Source: a virus (taxonomy: Duplodnaviria; Caudoviricetes). From it: a stretch of DNA of 56,543 nt. The DNA lies in the IMG/VR virus record IMGVR_UViG_3300031999_000024, positions 1 to 56,543 of that record, one strand, 5' to 3'. Numbering within the stretch: position 1 is the first letter of the stretch; every line of letters starts with the position of its first letter. Below are positions 36,866 through 46,957 of this stretch, piece by piece. The notes beneath the pieces are model-generated. The model saw nothing but the letters and a program-made list of their open reading frames with translations, did no database searches and was not told the DNA's origin. Both the position numbers and the translations under genes were made by a program.

Positions 36866-39106
36866 ATGGGAGGTTGTTCAGTAAATTATTGTGTTAGTGG
36901 TGGAACCATCTATGATGGTACCTATACTTATGGTGGATCATATTCGGGTTATGATTATTTTGTTGGGGGTAGTCACACTATATACTATTCCACAGGTCAA
37001 ACTCAATGGTGTTTGGCAACTACTTTAGGTGATCCAACTTGTTTATTATTTGGGAAATCTCCTTGCGTGAGTTCTTGTCCTGATTTGTGTGATGAAATTT
37101 TTGGTCCAGGTATTTGTCCTTCACCAACTCCATCACCTACCGCGGCTTGTTCAATAGATTTTGACGCAATTTTTGATTGTGAGGTTGTTGTTACTCAAAC
37201 ACCAACACCAACACCAACTCCAACGGTAACTCCAACAATGACACCAACATCAACTAATCCTTGTGGGGGAGTTGGTATTGATGTTTCGGGAGTTACTTAT
37301 AGTCCAACACCGACACCAACACCAACGATAACTCCATCACAGTCCCCCGAAATTACAAGACCTTGTAATGTTAACGGAACGGTTACATTTAACACATTAG
37401 ACGATTATATTCAATGCTCAAATAGTAAGCAATTCAAAGATTGTTTAAATGGATTTGTGTATTCAACAACTAATGTTGTATTAGATCCGATGGGTTCTAC
37501 TCCTGTAATTGGTATGGTGTATGAGGCGACTGTCAATGAAATTGATATATGTGTTGAATATATTGGAACTGTGGATAATACTAGTGGTGTTGCAACTATT
37601 GTATTAAACACCGAAATTGGTTTAGTTTCTGAAGGTGGATGTCTTGTTTGTATCCCTCCTGTTAGTTCTACGCCAACTCCAACACCAACTGTAACACCAA
37701 CAATAACACCATCATCAACACCGAGTGTTTGTTGCGAATATGTGGTAACGAATTTATTATTTAGTCCAAACACATTTAATATTAAAAGTTGTTCCACTAA
37801 TCAAACCGAAGTGATTACAATAAATGGTGGGTCATCAATAACGGTTAAATCATATAAAGTCCCTGTTGGTAACAATATAAATATTGTTTTTGTTGATTGT
37901 CCTTGTGTTACTCCAACACCAACACCTACGGTAACACCAACAATTAGTGTGACACCAACGGTAACTCCAACTCCAACGGTAACTCCAACATCAAGTTTAC
38001 CAATAGTTAATCCTTTTATATCAGTTTGGAGAACGACTAGTCCTTCGGAAACTATTAATTTACCTTACGATCCTGCGGGAACATATAGTGGAACAATTGA
38101 TTGGGGTGATGGTAATACATCCGTTAATTCATACGCAAATATATCACATACTTACGCCTCCGCAGGTGACTATACCGTAACTATAACCGGAACAATTAAT
38201 GGATTTAGTTTTTTCCACGACAATACTAATGTGTTAAATATATTGAGGGTTGAACAATGGGGTAATGTAATAATTAGTAATACTGGTGGTCAATTTGAAG
38301 ATTGTTCTAATCTTACTTTAACCACAGTTACCGATATACCAAATCTTACATCCACATCAACTTTATATCATATGTTCCTTAGTTGTACATCATTAACCAC
38401 AATAAATAATTTGAATTCTTGGGATGTTTCTAATGTCACTAATATGGGTGCAATGTTTTTTGCCTGTCCTCTATTTGATCAGGATATAAGTTCTTGGGAT
38501 GTTTCTAATGTTACTAATATGAGTTCTATGTTTACCGGTTCTTTATTTAACCAAGATATTAGTTCTTGGAATGTTTCTGGTGTGACTAGTATGATTTCTA
38601 CGTTTTCTAATACACCGTTTAATCAGGATATAAGTTCTTGGGATGTTTCTAATGTTACTGCTATGAATGCTATGTTTAACGATACTCCATTCAATCAACC
38701 TATTGGGAGTTGGGATGTTTCTAATGTTACTAATATGAGTGCAATGTTTCTTAGTTCTTCATTTAACCAACCTATTGGTTCTTGGAATGTTTCTGGTGTA
38801 ACTAATATGGGTAATATGTTTACTACCGCAACCGCGTTTACTCAGGATATTAGTTCTTGGAATGTTTCTGGCGTTACCGATATGGGATATATGTTTAATA
38901 ACGCAACCTCATTTAATCAGGATATTAGTTCTTGGGATGTATCTAATGTTACCAATATGCTTCAGATGTTCCGATCCGCAACTTCATTTAACCAAGATTT
39001 AAGTAGTTGGTGTGTCACATTAATACCTTCATCACCAACTTTCTTTGATTTTCTTGCAACATCTTGGGTTTTACCTAGACCTGCTTGGGGTACTTGCCCA
39101 CCATAA
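36866..39106 (+). CDS. Cys-rich, Pro/Thr-linker protein with PKD-like domain and C-terminal BspA/DUF285 repeats (putative adhesin or receptor-binding protein)
   Basis: PTPTPT tracts, IDWGDG...HTYASAGDYTVTI, and eight FNQDISSWDVSNVTNM-type repeats (about 38410-39010). Confidence 0.88.
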   Translation: MGGCSVNYCVSGGTIYDGTYTYGGSYSGYDYFVGGSHTIYYSTGQTQWCLATTLGDPTCLLFGKSPCVSSCPDLCDEIFGPGICPSPTPSPTAACSIDFDAIFDCEVVVTQTPTPTPTPTVTPTMTPTSTNPCGGVGIDVSGVTYSPTPTPTPTITPSQSPEITRPCNVNGTVTFNTLDDYIQCSNSKQFKDCLNGFVYSTTNVVLDPMGSTPVIGMVYEATVNEIDICVEYIGTVDNTSGVATIVLNTEIGLVSEGGCLVCIPPVSSTPTPTPTVTPTITPSSTPSVCCEYVVTNLLFSPNTFNIKSCSTNQTEVITINGGSSITVKSYKVPVGNNINIVFVDCPCVTPTPTPTVTPTISVTPTVTPTPTVTPTSSLPIVNPFISVWRTTSPSETINLPYDPAGTYSGTIDWGDGNTSVNSYANISHTYASAGDYTVTITGTINGFSFFHDNTNVLNILRVEQWGNVIISNTGGQFEDCSNLTLTTVTDIPNLTSTSTLYHMFLSCTSLTTINNLNSWDVSNVTNMGAMFFACPLFDQDISSWDVSNVTNMSSMFTGSLFNQDISSWNVSGVTSMISTFSNTPFNQDISSWDVSNVTAMNAMFNDTPFNQPIGSWDVSNVTNMSAMFLSSSFNQPIGSWNVSGVTNMGNMFTTATAFTQDISSWNVSGVTDMGYMFNNATSFNQDISSWDVSNVTNMLQMFRSATSFNQDLSSWCVTLIPSSPTFFDFLATSWVLPRPAWGTCPP

Positions 39107-39178
39107 TACAAAATATAACGCAAAAAAAAATATCGGTTGATTAACCGATAATTGGATTTATCTATGTTTTTTATATAC

Positions 39179-39787
39179 TTATTTCCAAATATCTTTTGAA
39201 TTCATATACCCCAAGACACAAGCATACGCATCTGTCTGATCAAAGTTTTCTTTCTTGAGTGTGTTATTTTTAGTGTATAACCATTGAATTTGAGGTTCTT
39301 TTTTAGCGACTAAATCCCAAATAATTTGTTTCTTATCTATGTCTTTTGGAAGACCTCCAAATAAAACATGCTTACCTTTATCATTAGGTTGAACTAATTC
39401 AGGGAATGCAAACTTTCTTGAGTTATATGTTGATATAAATTCAGGAACTATCCCTAACGCATCATATATTTCTTTACATATTAAAGTATTAAACCTTAAT
39501 AGAGTTTGTATCGTATATGCATTATTTGAGTTCATTAATGGTTCTTCAATTATTACATTAACAATACCTAAATTTTTGTATTCCAATAATTTTGTTCTAA
39601 AGATTTCAGATTTAAGTAATAACTCCAATATTTTATTATCCCCATGATCTTTAGTTTTTGGTCTTGGTGATATGTGAGTTAGTTCTAATAGTTCTTGATT
39701 TTGTATATCAAATAGTGCCCACCCTATTGTTCTTGTTGAGACATCAAGTCCGAGAACCTTTGGTGAATTTTTAATAGGTCTAGCCAT
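39179..39787 (-). CDS. RuvC-like Holliday junction resolvase (RNase H fold)
   Basis: VLGLDVSTRTIGW, VIIEEP, FDQTDAY. Confidence 0.8.
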   Translation of the reverse strand: MARPIKNSPKVLGLDVSTRTIGWALFDIQNQELLELTHISPRPKTKDHGDNKILELLLKSEIFRTKLLEYKNLGIVNVIIEEPLMNSNNAYTIQTLLRFNTLICKEIYDALGIVPEFISTYNSRKFAFPELVQPNDKGKHVLFGGLPKDIDKKQIIWDLVAKKEPQIQWLYTKNNTLKKENFDQTDAYACVLGYMNSKDIWK

Positions 39788-39838
39788 AAAAATATTTATT
39801 TATTAACAATATAATAATGAATGTGTAAAATTAAAGTT

Positions 39839-42277
39839 TTACAGGTCCAACTTTACCACAAACTGTTGTATTCCCTGTCTTAATACGGGTGATTGTAGTT
39901 TAGATATAATCACAATATCTTTATTTTTGTCCAATAACGCAATCTCCGTAATGTATGATTTAGTTCCTTGTGTCCAAGTAGGATTTGATGTGTTTAAAAA
40001 TTCAGCATTACTCAAATTAATCTTATATTTCATTTCATATATTGTTGCTTGGATATCAGTTTCCAAACCGCCATAAAAATAAAATTCATCTCCAAAATTT
40101 AAAGTTTGTCCTGTCGTCCCCAATGTTGTTAAGGATATGTAGTCATTTAAATCATAATATGGTGCGGTATTATACAATTCAGGAGTAATCACAAATGTGG
40201 TTCCTGTAAGTCCATCTTGAGTTAAATATCCATTGATTGTTGACGCACTGATGACATCGGTATAATCAATTATTCTCCATTGAGTTGAGTCAGGTTTATT
40301 TCCTGTTGTAACTTTTTGACATAAAATTTCAAAATTGGTTCCGAAATATCCTTGAGGTAAATAATTACAACCGGTAATACAAGGTGTTCCTGCACTATAT
40401 ACCGGTTGAACCATACATCCAAACTCGGCACCAAATCTTAATGCAACATTTTTAGAAGTGTCCGGGTTACAATCATTGTTATTACCAACAACTTTTGAAT
40501 AGTAATTACAGTGTAATGAATTGGTGAAACCTGTTTGATTTGTCAGTCTATAAGTGACATACATAGTTTCAGTATTTCCTGTCAATATCCCATCAACTGT
40601 TGATGTTGGTGTTCCACAGGTATTTGGTGTTACCAATGATACTTGAGGTGCCGGTAAAGTCCAGTTTCTGTTTGCTTTATATGACATTGCGGCAATTATC
40701 TCTTCATCGTCAATAATAACAATTTTACTATCAGGGAATACTTTACCTATTCTACTTGGGTATCCGTCAGCATTTGCGTGTGTATCCCAAAGATGATAAT
40801 ATCTAATACCAGGTTGATTCATTCCCGAATTTTTATTTGATTGTATGTATTGAACATCAAATAAGTTTTTATCCTCAAATCCTTCAGGATCAACCCAAAA
40901 TGTTTGTCCTGAACAACATTCAGGATTTTTGTGCCACATCAACCAAGGTAAATGTAGTTTAAAGTTTCTCGCTTGTCCTGTCGTATCTTCAGGATTTGCT
41001 GAATCATAAGGTTCTAACGCAAATTTCTCACCATAGAAGAAATCAATCGTTTGATTTGTATAATGTATAATTGCAATCGCTTTTTGTTCTTCAGGTTGAA
41101 CTACTATCTTCTCATCAAATGAGTTATAGTAATTAACGGAACTCGTATCTTTTTGTCCCAAACTTGATGCGTATCCAAAATATTCTTTTGTTCCAAGATA
41201 ATCAATAGATCCAAAATACTCATATCCTTCATATACTGAAGGGTATAATCCTGCCGGGCTTTCACTCCAAGGAATATTCATATTCCATATTTTAACATCA
41301 AACTCATCAATATCACATACGGTTTCAAAATTAATAACATCAGTACTCCAATGAGGTGCCGGTGTTATACTATCGTATAATGTTGTCATATTTGACGGGT
41401 ATATTAATGTTCTTGAATAACATGATCCTGAGAATGATGAAAAGTCAGGTAAATTTCTATCTACCGTAATTACATTGTTACAATATGCAACAATTCTATA
41501 TGTCATCATAGGATAACAACTATTGATTGACATAAAACAATCCGCCATTGGTGGTAATGGACACACAGACGATGACGATGGTGTCAAACAAGGTGTTTTT
41601 GTTGGGGTTGGTGTTGGACTTGCCGAACACTCAAATGTGTATGTCGCACTTGGTGTTGGTGTTGGTGTTTGTGTTGTACCAACGGATGCCGATGGGGTTG
41701 GTGTTGGTAAATTATAACAAGTATTATTTACATCCCACTTACCATCATAATAAATTGTGATGAAATCACCAACCGAAGGGATTGATTCATTAATTAAATT
41801 AGATCCCGAATATATTAACTCAACTTGATTTGTCCCACTTAAAGAACACATATTAACAACATAGTTTGAGCTGACAACATAATTATTATTCGTTAACGCA
41901 CTCCAACTAATTGTTGTTGCGGTAGTGTTTCCCGAAAAAAATCCTCTTAACGGTGCTCTATTAAACACAGGTTCAACAACCGAATCCATATAAGGAATAC
42001 CAAATGTGTTACCTGCCGTCCCATCAACATAATAAGGATACTTAACATTTTGTCTGTTAGATTGTGGAGATCCAGCACTATTTTGACTATTAAATGGTGG
42101 TTCCAATACCATACTATATGGTTGATTATATGTTGACGATAATGCGTTATACGATACTTCACTATCTCCCACTTGGAAATACGCGATGTTAAAATTACCT
42201 TCAGATAATTTTTGTCTACCTGTATCCGTAACTCTTGTGTTAACTAAACCAGAGGTATTTTTGATTATGTATGCCAT
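39839..42277 (-). CDS. Putative tail/baseplate structural protein
   Basis: N-terminal TDTGRQKLSEGNFNIAYFQVGDSE, C-terminal YITEIALLD....IISKLQSP, PT linker; TATTTATA at 42282-42289. Confidence 0.7.
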   Translation of the reverse strand: MAYIIKNTSGLVNTRVTDTGRQKLSEGNFNIAYFQVGDSEVSYNALSSTYNQPYSMVLEPPFNSQNSAGSPQSNRQNVKYPYYVDGTAGNTFGIPYMDSVVEPVFNRAPLRGFFSGNTTATTISWSALTNNNYVVSSNYVVNMCSLSGTNQVELIYSGSNLINESIPSVGDFITIYYDGKWDVNNTCYNLPTPTPSASVGTTQTPTPTPSATYTFECSASPTPTPTKTPCLTPSSSSVCPLPPMADCFMSINSCYPMMTYRIVAYCNNVITVDRNLPDFSSFSGSCYSRTLIYPSNMTTLYDSITPAPHWSTDVINFETVCDIDEFDVKIWNMNIPWSESPAGLYPSVYEGYEYFGSIDYLGTKEYFGYASSLGQKDTSSVNYYNSFDEKIVVQPEEQKAIAIIHYTNQTIDFFYGEKFALEPYDSANPEDTTGQARNFKLHLPWLMWHKNPECCSGQTFWVDPEGFEDKNLFDVQYIQSNKNSGMNQPGIRYYHLWDTHANADGYPSRIGKVFPDSKIVIIDDEEIIAAMSYKANRNWTLPAPQVSLVTPNTCGTPTSTVDGILTGNTETMYVTYRLTNQTGFTNSLHCNYYSKVVGNNNDCNPDTSKNVALRFGAEFGCMVQPVYSAGTPCITGCNYLPQGYFGTNFEILCQKVTTGNKPDSTQWRIIDYTDVISASTINGYLTQDGLTGTTFVITPELYNTAPYYDLNDYISLTTLGTTGQTLNFGDEFYFYGGLETDIQATIYEMKYKINLSNAEFLNTSNPTWTQGTKSYITEIALLDKNKDIVIISKLQSPVLRQGIQQFVVKLDL

Positions 42278-42306
42278 TTGTTATAAATACTATATTTTTT
42301 ATTTTA

Positions 42307-43893
42307 TTACGATCCAATATGTGGTGGTGGGTTTATAACGGTTACCGTACTACAAGGGCAATTATTTAATGTCACATCATTCAAATATAAATGATACGAG
42401 TTTGTCACACCTAAACATTTGGTAAGGATTGGTAAATTTAATGTCGGTGTTGGATTACTTATTGTACCACTTACCGTATCTCCTTGAACTATTGTAATTC
42501 CATTCCAAGTATACGTGTTTAACGATTGAATACTAACCCCTGTTGGACATTGAAGATTATTTAATAAATTAGTATTTCCACTATTTACAACTGTACTATA
42601 CGGAATTGAAACCATATTTTTATTCACCGTTACAACATTATTCCAAGTATAAGCACCATATTGCGGTTGCTCTATTAAATCTTTCACATGCACTATGTCA
42701 AACGATATACTAGCACCAATTGGTAATTGGGGTGATACCGTTACATTAAATGTTGTTGCGTTAATATTTAAACTTAATGTTACAGTATAAAGTATTGGTG
42801 CCGGTGGTGCGTTTAAAGTAATATTTTGATTAAATGTTTGTCCCGACGCATCCATCACAATTGTTGGGTATATACCCGGACATAGATTTTGAAACACAGG
42901 TTGATTAGGGATAAAATTAATTCCATTAATACTATACGAATACGGTGGAACTCCATCCTCAACATTAAAAATTATACTTCCATCACTAACACAATTACCA
43001 GGAGTGTTATTAGTAATACAAGTAGGTTGATTAACCGTTAATGTATAATTCAAATTATTTTGAACAACGCAACTACCTTCGTTCATTTGAACCGATCCTA
43101 TCACAGGATTTGGTGGAACTGACCCTAATGAATACCATCCTGAAATAGGTGGTGCCACAGTATTGGTATTAATTAAACTACCATATGTCCATCCTGATAC
43201 TTCCCACTGACTTGATCCGCTCATCCATACCACATCATAACCTGACGGTGTTGATGTCCAAGTAGGTTTTCCATTGTAATAACCGTTATAACTAAAATCA
43301 ATCAATTCCGAATAAATATGGTTTTCAAAATTACCCAAAATAGTTAAACATAAATCACCATATACCGGTGTTGGGCTTGGTGTTGGTGTGGGAGTTGGTG
43401 TAGGAGTTGGACTTGGTGCCATTAAATAACAAGTGGTTCTTGCGGTAAAATCACCATAAAAATCGGTAACAACCGCATCATATTCTCCACTACCTAAATT
43501 TGTTAATGTTTGTGAATAATTACCGTTTTCCCATTGTATTGTGTATGGTGGAGTTCCTCCTGTCACATATAAAGTTGCGACTCCGTCAAAACTACTTATT
43601 GATGTGGGATTTTGAGTTACGCATTGAACTCCTAATGGGAATATTGTTATCACATTACATTCGTTTTGATAACTATATACTTCACCAGTACATACACCAT
43701 CAAGACAAAAACCGTTAACATTAAAATTTATGTCTAAACAATTTGATATTGGATTCAAATCCTCACTACATATACTATATGTTGTTCCGCTTTGGAATGT
43801 TTCCGTTACGGTATTTCCACTACAATTAGTGTATGTTAAATCATACTCACTAACTTTAGTAAAACTAAATTCTAAACAATAACAATTTGGCAT
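42307..43893 (-). CDS. Putative virion adhesin or fibre protein with SprB-like repeats and a PT linker
   Basis: VTGGTPPYTIQW...LGSGEYDAVVTD; GVPPYSYSING...NLCPGIY. Confidence 0.75.
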   Translation of the reverse strand: MPNCYCLEFSFTKVSEYDLTYTNCSGNTVTETFQSGTTYSICSEDLNPISNCLDINFNVNGFCLDGVCTGEVYSYQNECNVITIFPLGVQCVTQNPTSISSFDGVATLYVTGGTPPYTIQWENGNYSQTLTNLGSGEYDAVVTDFYGDFTARTTCYLMAPSPTPTPTPTPTPSPTPVYGDLCLTILGNFENHIYSELIDFSYNGYYNGKPTWTSTPSGYDVVWMSGSSQWEVSGWTYGSLINTNTVAPPISGWYSLGSVPPNPVIGSVQMNEGSCVVQNNLNYTLTVNQPTCITNNTPGNCVSDGSIIFNVEDGVPPYSYSINGINFIPNQPVFQNLCPGIYPTIVMDASGQTFNQNITLNAPPAPILYTVTLSLNINATTFNVTVSPQLPIGASISFDIVHVKDLIEQPQYGAYTWNNVVTVNKNMVSIPYSTVVNSGNTNLLNNLQCPTGVSIQSLNTYTWNGITIVQGDTVSGTISNPTPTLNLPILTKCLGVTNSYHLYLNDVTLNNCPCSTVTVINPPPHIGS

Positions 43894-44016
43894 TTATTAA
43901 TCTTTTACTATAAATAATCAACTTACCATTTTTTAGTAACTTAATTATAAATAAAGATATTATAGTATTGTGAAAAGTGAATTATGTGGTATGGTAAACA
44001 CCTCATATGTGAGTTT

Positions 44017-46596
44017 TTAATATGTTTTATTTAATACGAATATATCACTGTAGATTGAGTTTAACGCACTATTAGAACTCCATTGTGCGGTTACATTTAA
44101 AGTATTACTACCTGTCGTATCAAATGTTGTATTATTAACCGTATTAAAACCAAATCCTTCTTGAACTCCACTAGAATCTTTTAAAACGTGTAAGTTTCCT
44201 AGTGTAACAATAGACGCAACTGTTGTCCCACCAATTTGTCTTATCGTAAAATTAAGGCTCATTGACCATACTTTACTCACAATTCCCGGCATTGTTAATG
44301 GTCCTGAATCGGCTAATATTACGGATCCCGACTTTACTCTAATTGTTAAGGTGTCATTATTTTTAGCAGATATTACCCCACCAAATTCCCCACTAAATGA
44401 GTCACCAACACTAAAACCATTTGCCGGTACTATTAATGTTCCAACACCACCACCAATTATTGTCGTTTCTACTGTTGTTGCACTTATCGCAACGCTATTA
44501 CCCGTTTGAGAGAATAACCCATAATTTGTTACTCCTGCAACTGTTTTAGTTTTAACAATACCTGTTGACGAATCTCTCGTTAAAAATTGTGTAACTGTTT
44601 GGGTATCTGTAATTGGAGTATCTTGTATCGCCAAATTATTAATATGGAAAGTGCACGCAGATACTGAATATACACCTTTACCTGAAGCCGATGAAAAATT
44701 GTGACTCACAGTATTTCCCGAACCTCCTAATATTGAAGAAAGTGATCCATTTGAGGTATTATCTTTTCCACCACCTATATTTGATTGATTACATAATGTT
44801 GTGTTATCCCACCCTCCACTTATTGTTGAAAACTGTCCGATTATTGTATTTAGATAACCACCACCAATTGTGGATCCAATACCAAATACCTTATTTCCAC
44901 TACCACCTAAAATACTTGATGTATCCCCTGTTGTTGTATTACATAACCCACCCCCAATTACCGAATAAGTATCCACAGTTGTATTTTTACAACCTCCACC
45001 AATAAATTCGTGACCAGATTTAACACAATTTTTTTCACCACCACCTATGGTTGATCTTCCCGCCGTAGGTGCGTTAGAATTACATAATCCACCCCCAATT
45101 GTTGAGTATTCCGAATTTAAAAAATTACAAACACCTCCCCCTATTGTTGAGAAATTGTTTGATACAGTATTTCCACTACCACCTCCTATGGTTGAAGTAG
45201 TTCCTGAAACCATATTACCATAACCACCACTTATAGTTGATCCTGAGGAAATTACCGTATTTCCAGCTCCCCCACCAATCGTTGATCGAATACCATAAGA
45301 TCCATTTTGTTTTCCTCCACCAATAAATGACATATCGCAGTATGACACATTACCAACACCTCCACCAATAAATGAACTACCCCCACAGGTTGTATTACCA
45401 TCACCACCACCAATTGTTGAACAGTTTCCGATGGATGTGTTTTTATAACCACCACCTATGGTTGATCCTATATCCGTTGCAGTATTTCCACTACCACCAC
45501 CGATGGTTGAACTATCCCCTAATGATGTGTTCTGATTACCTCCACCAATAAACGAACATGCTCCGAAGGATGTGTTTTTATAACCTCCACTAATTGTGGT
45601 GTTACATCCATTTGAGGTATTAAAATTACCCCCACCAATGGACGAATAACATCCGCTTGATGTGTTACTACCACCACCACCAATTGTTGATCTATGTCCA
45701 CTTGATGTGTTGCTATTTCCTCCTCCAATTGTTGAATAATATCCACTTGATGTGTTTCGTATACCCCCACCAATGGACGAATAACATCCACTTGATGTGT
45801 TACATACTCCACCACCAATTGTTGAGAAATATCCACTTGATGTGTTAAATACTCCACCCCCAATAAATGAATAACAATTACTTGATGTGTTACGCCTTCC
45901 ACCTCCAATTACAGAATAACACCCCTCCGATGTGTTTTGAGATCCCCCACCAACAAATGAATAACATCCACTTGATGTGTTATAATATCCCCCACTTATT
46001 GTTGATTTATCACCACTTGATGCGTTACAAAACCCCCCACCAACAAATGAATAATATCCGCTTGATGTGTTACTTCTACCTCCACCTATTGTTGAGTAAT
46101 ATTCACTTGATGTGTTATACCATCCACCACCAATAAATGAACCTATTTCTTCTGACGCATTACCAATACCTCCACCAACAAATGAATAATCCCCACTTGA
46201 TGTGTTGTTATAACCTCCACCAATAAACGAATAATCTCCACTTGATGCGTTACTTTTACCTCCACCTATTATTGAGAAATATCCACTTGATGTGTTGTTA
46301 TAACCTCCACCAACTGTTGAACATATTCCACTTGATGTGTTAAGATACCCCCCACTTACGGTAGAATAATCCCCCGAAGCATCGTTACCATTACCACATC
46401 TTTCAACCGAACAATTTCCCGCACCAACGATCATAACATATGTCCCCCCGGTTAAAGAACTCACTATTTGTTGAAAACACGCTTTATATGATGATCCCGC
46501 AGGATTACCTTGTGATGTGTCGTTAGGGTTGACGATATGAATTAAATCGGTTAAATTAACTCCTGTTGCTGGTGTTTGATCAGTTAAAAATGCCAT
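44017..46596 (-). CDS. Putative tail fibre with about 40 glycine-rich 14-aa repeats
   Basis: GGGxxNTSSGxYSxI units; 42-bp periodicity over about 44690-46380; TATTTATA at 46611-46618. Confidence 0.82.
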   Translation of the reverse strand: MAFLTDQTPATGVNLTDLIHIVNPNDTSQGNPAGSSYKACFQQIVSSLTGGTYVMIVGAGNCSVERCGNGNDASGDYSTVSGGYLNTSSGICSTVGGGYNNTSSGYFSIIGGGKSNASSGDYSFIGGGYNNTSSGDYSFVGGGIGNASEEIGSFIGGGWYNTSSEYYSTIGGGRSNTSSGYYSFVGGGFCNASSGDKSTISGGYYNTSSGCYSFVGGGSQNTSEGCYSVIGGGRRNTSSNCYSFIGGGVFNTSSGYFSTIGGGVCNTSSGCYSSIGGGIRNTSSGYYSTIGGGNSNTSSGHRSTIGGGGSNTSSGCYSSIGGGNFNTSNGCNTTISGGYKNTSFGACSFIGGGNQNTSLGDSSTIGGGSGNTATDIGSTIGGGYKNTSIGNCSTIGGGDGNTTCGGSSFIGGGVGNVSYCDMSFIGGGKQNGSYGIRSTIGGGAGNTVISSGSTISGGYGNMVSGTTSTIGGGSGNTVSNNFSTIGGGVCNFLNSEYSTIGGGLCNSNAPTAGRSTIGGGEKNCVKSGHEFIGGGCKNTTVDTYSVIGGGLCNTTTGDTSSILGGSGNKVFGIGSTIGGGYLNTIIGQFSTISGGWDNTTLCNQSNIGGGKDNTSNGSLSSILGGSGNTVSHNFSSASGKGVYSVSACTFHINNLAIQDTPITDTQTVTQFLTRDSSTGIVKTKTVAGVTNYGLFSQTGNSVAISATTVETTIIGGGVGTLIVPANGFSVGDSFSGEFGGVISAKNNDTLTIRVKSGSVILADSGPLTMPGIVSKVWSMSLNFTIRQIGGTTVASIVTLGNLHVLKDSSGVQEGFGFNTVNNTTFDTTGSNTLNVTAQWSSNSALNSIYSDIFVLNKTY

Positions 46597-46630
46597 TATT
46601 CTTTTTTATATATAAATACACCTTAATTTG

Positions 46631-46933
46631 TTATTGAAATTGGTAAATACTATAATCCATAAAGAAAAAATCGTCCCCATCTTGGAATTGTTTGAATATC
46701 GGTGGTAATTCGTTACAATTAATAATAACAAGTTTTTCACAAAATGTGTCATTTAATTTAACTCCTATTGCGGGTGCGGTATTAAATTGTAGTGGTAGCG
46801 TTATTGTTACTGTCGGAGGAATTGCGGTATTTACCGTCGCAACCAAAACACATTGATTACCATATACATCACAAATATAAATTTGGTATGGTATTGTTAA
46901 TCCGGTTACATTATTTATTTGTAATTGTGTCAT
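46631..46933 (-). CDS. Small putative virion protein (paralogue of 36642..36863)
   Basis: INNVTG..IPYQIYICD..GNQCVLVATV. Confidence 0.75.
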   Translation of the reverse strand: MTQLQINNVTGLTIPYQIYICDVYGNQCVLVATVNTAIPPTVTITLPLQFNTAPAIGVKLNDTFCEKLVIINCNELPPIFKQFQDGDDFFFMDYSIYQFQ

Positions 46934-46957
46934 TATAATTCTTGAATTATATAACTG

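Noticed and set aside
37190-43400. ACACCA-type microsatellite tracts as contingency loci
   Set aside because: They are imperfect at DNA level and are explained by in-frame Pro-Thr linkers.
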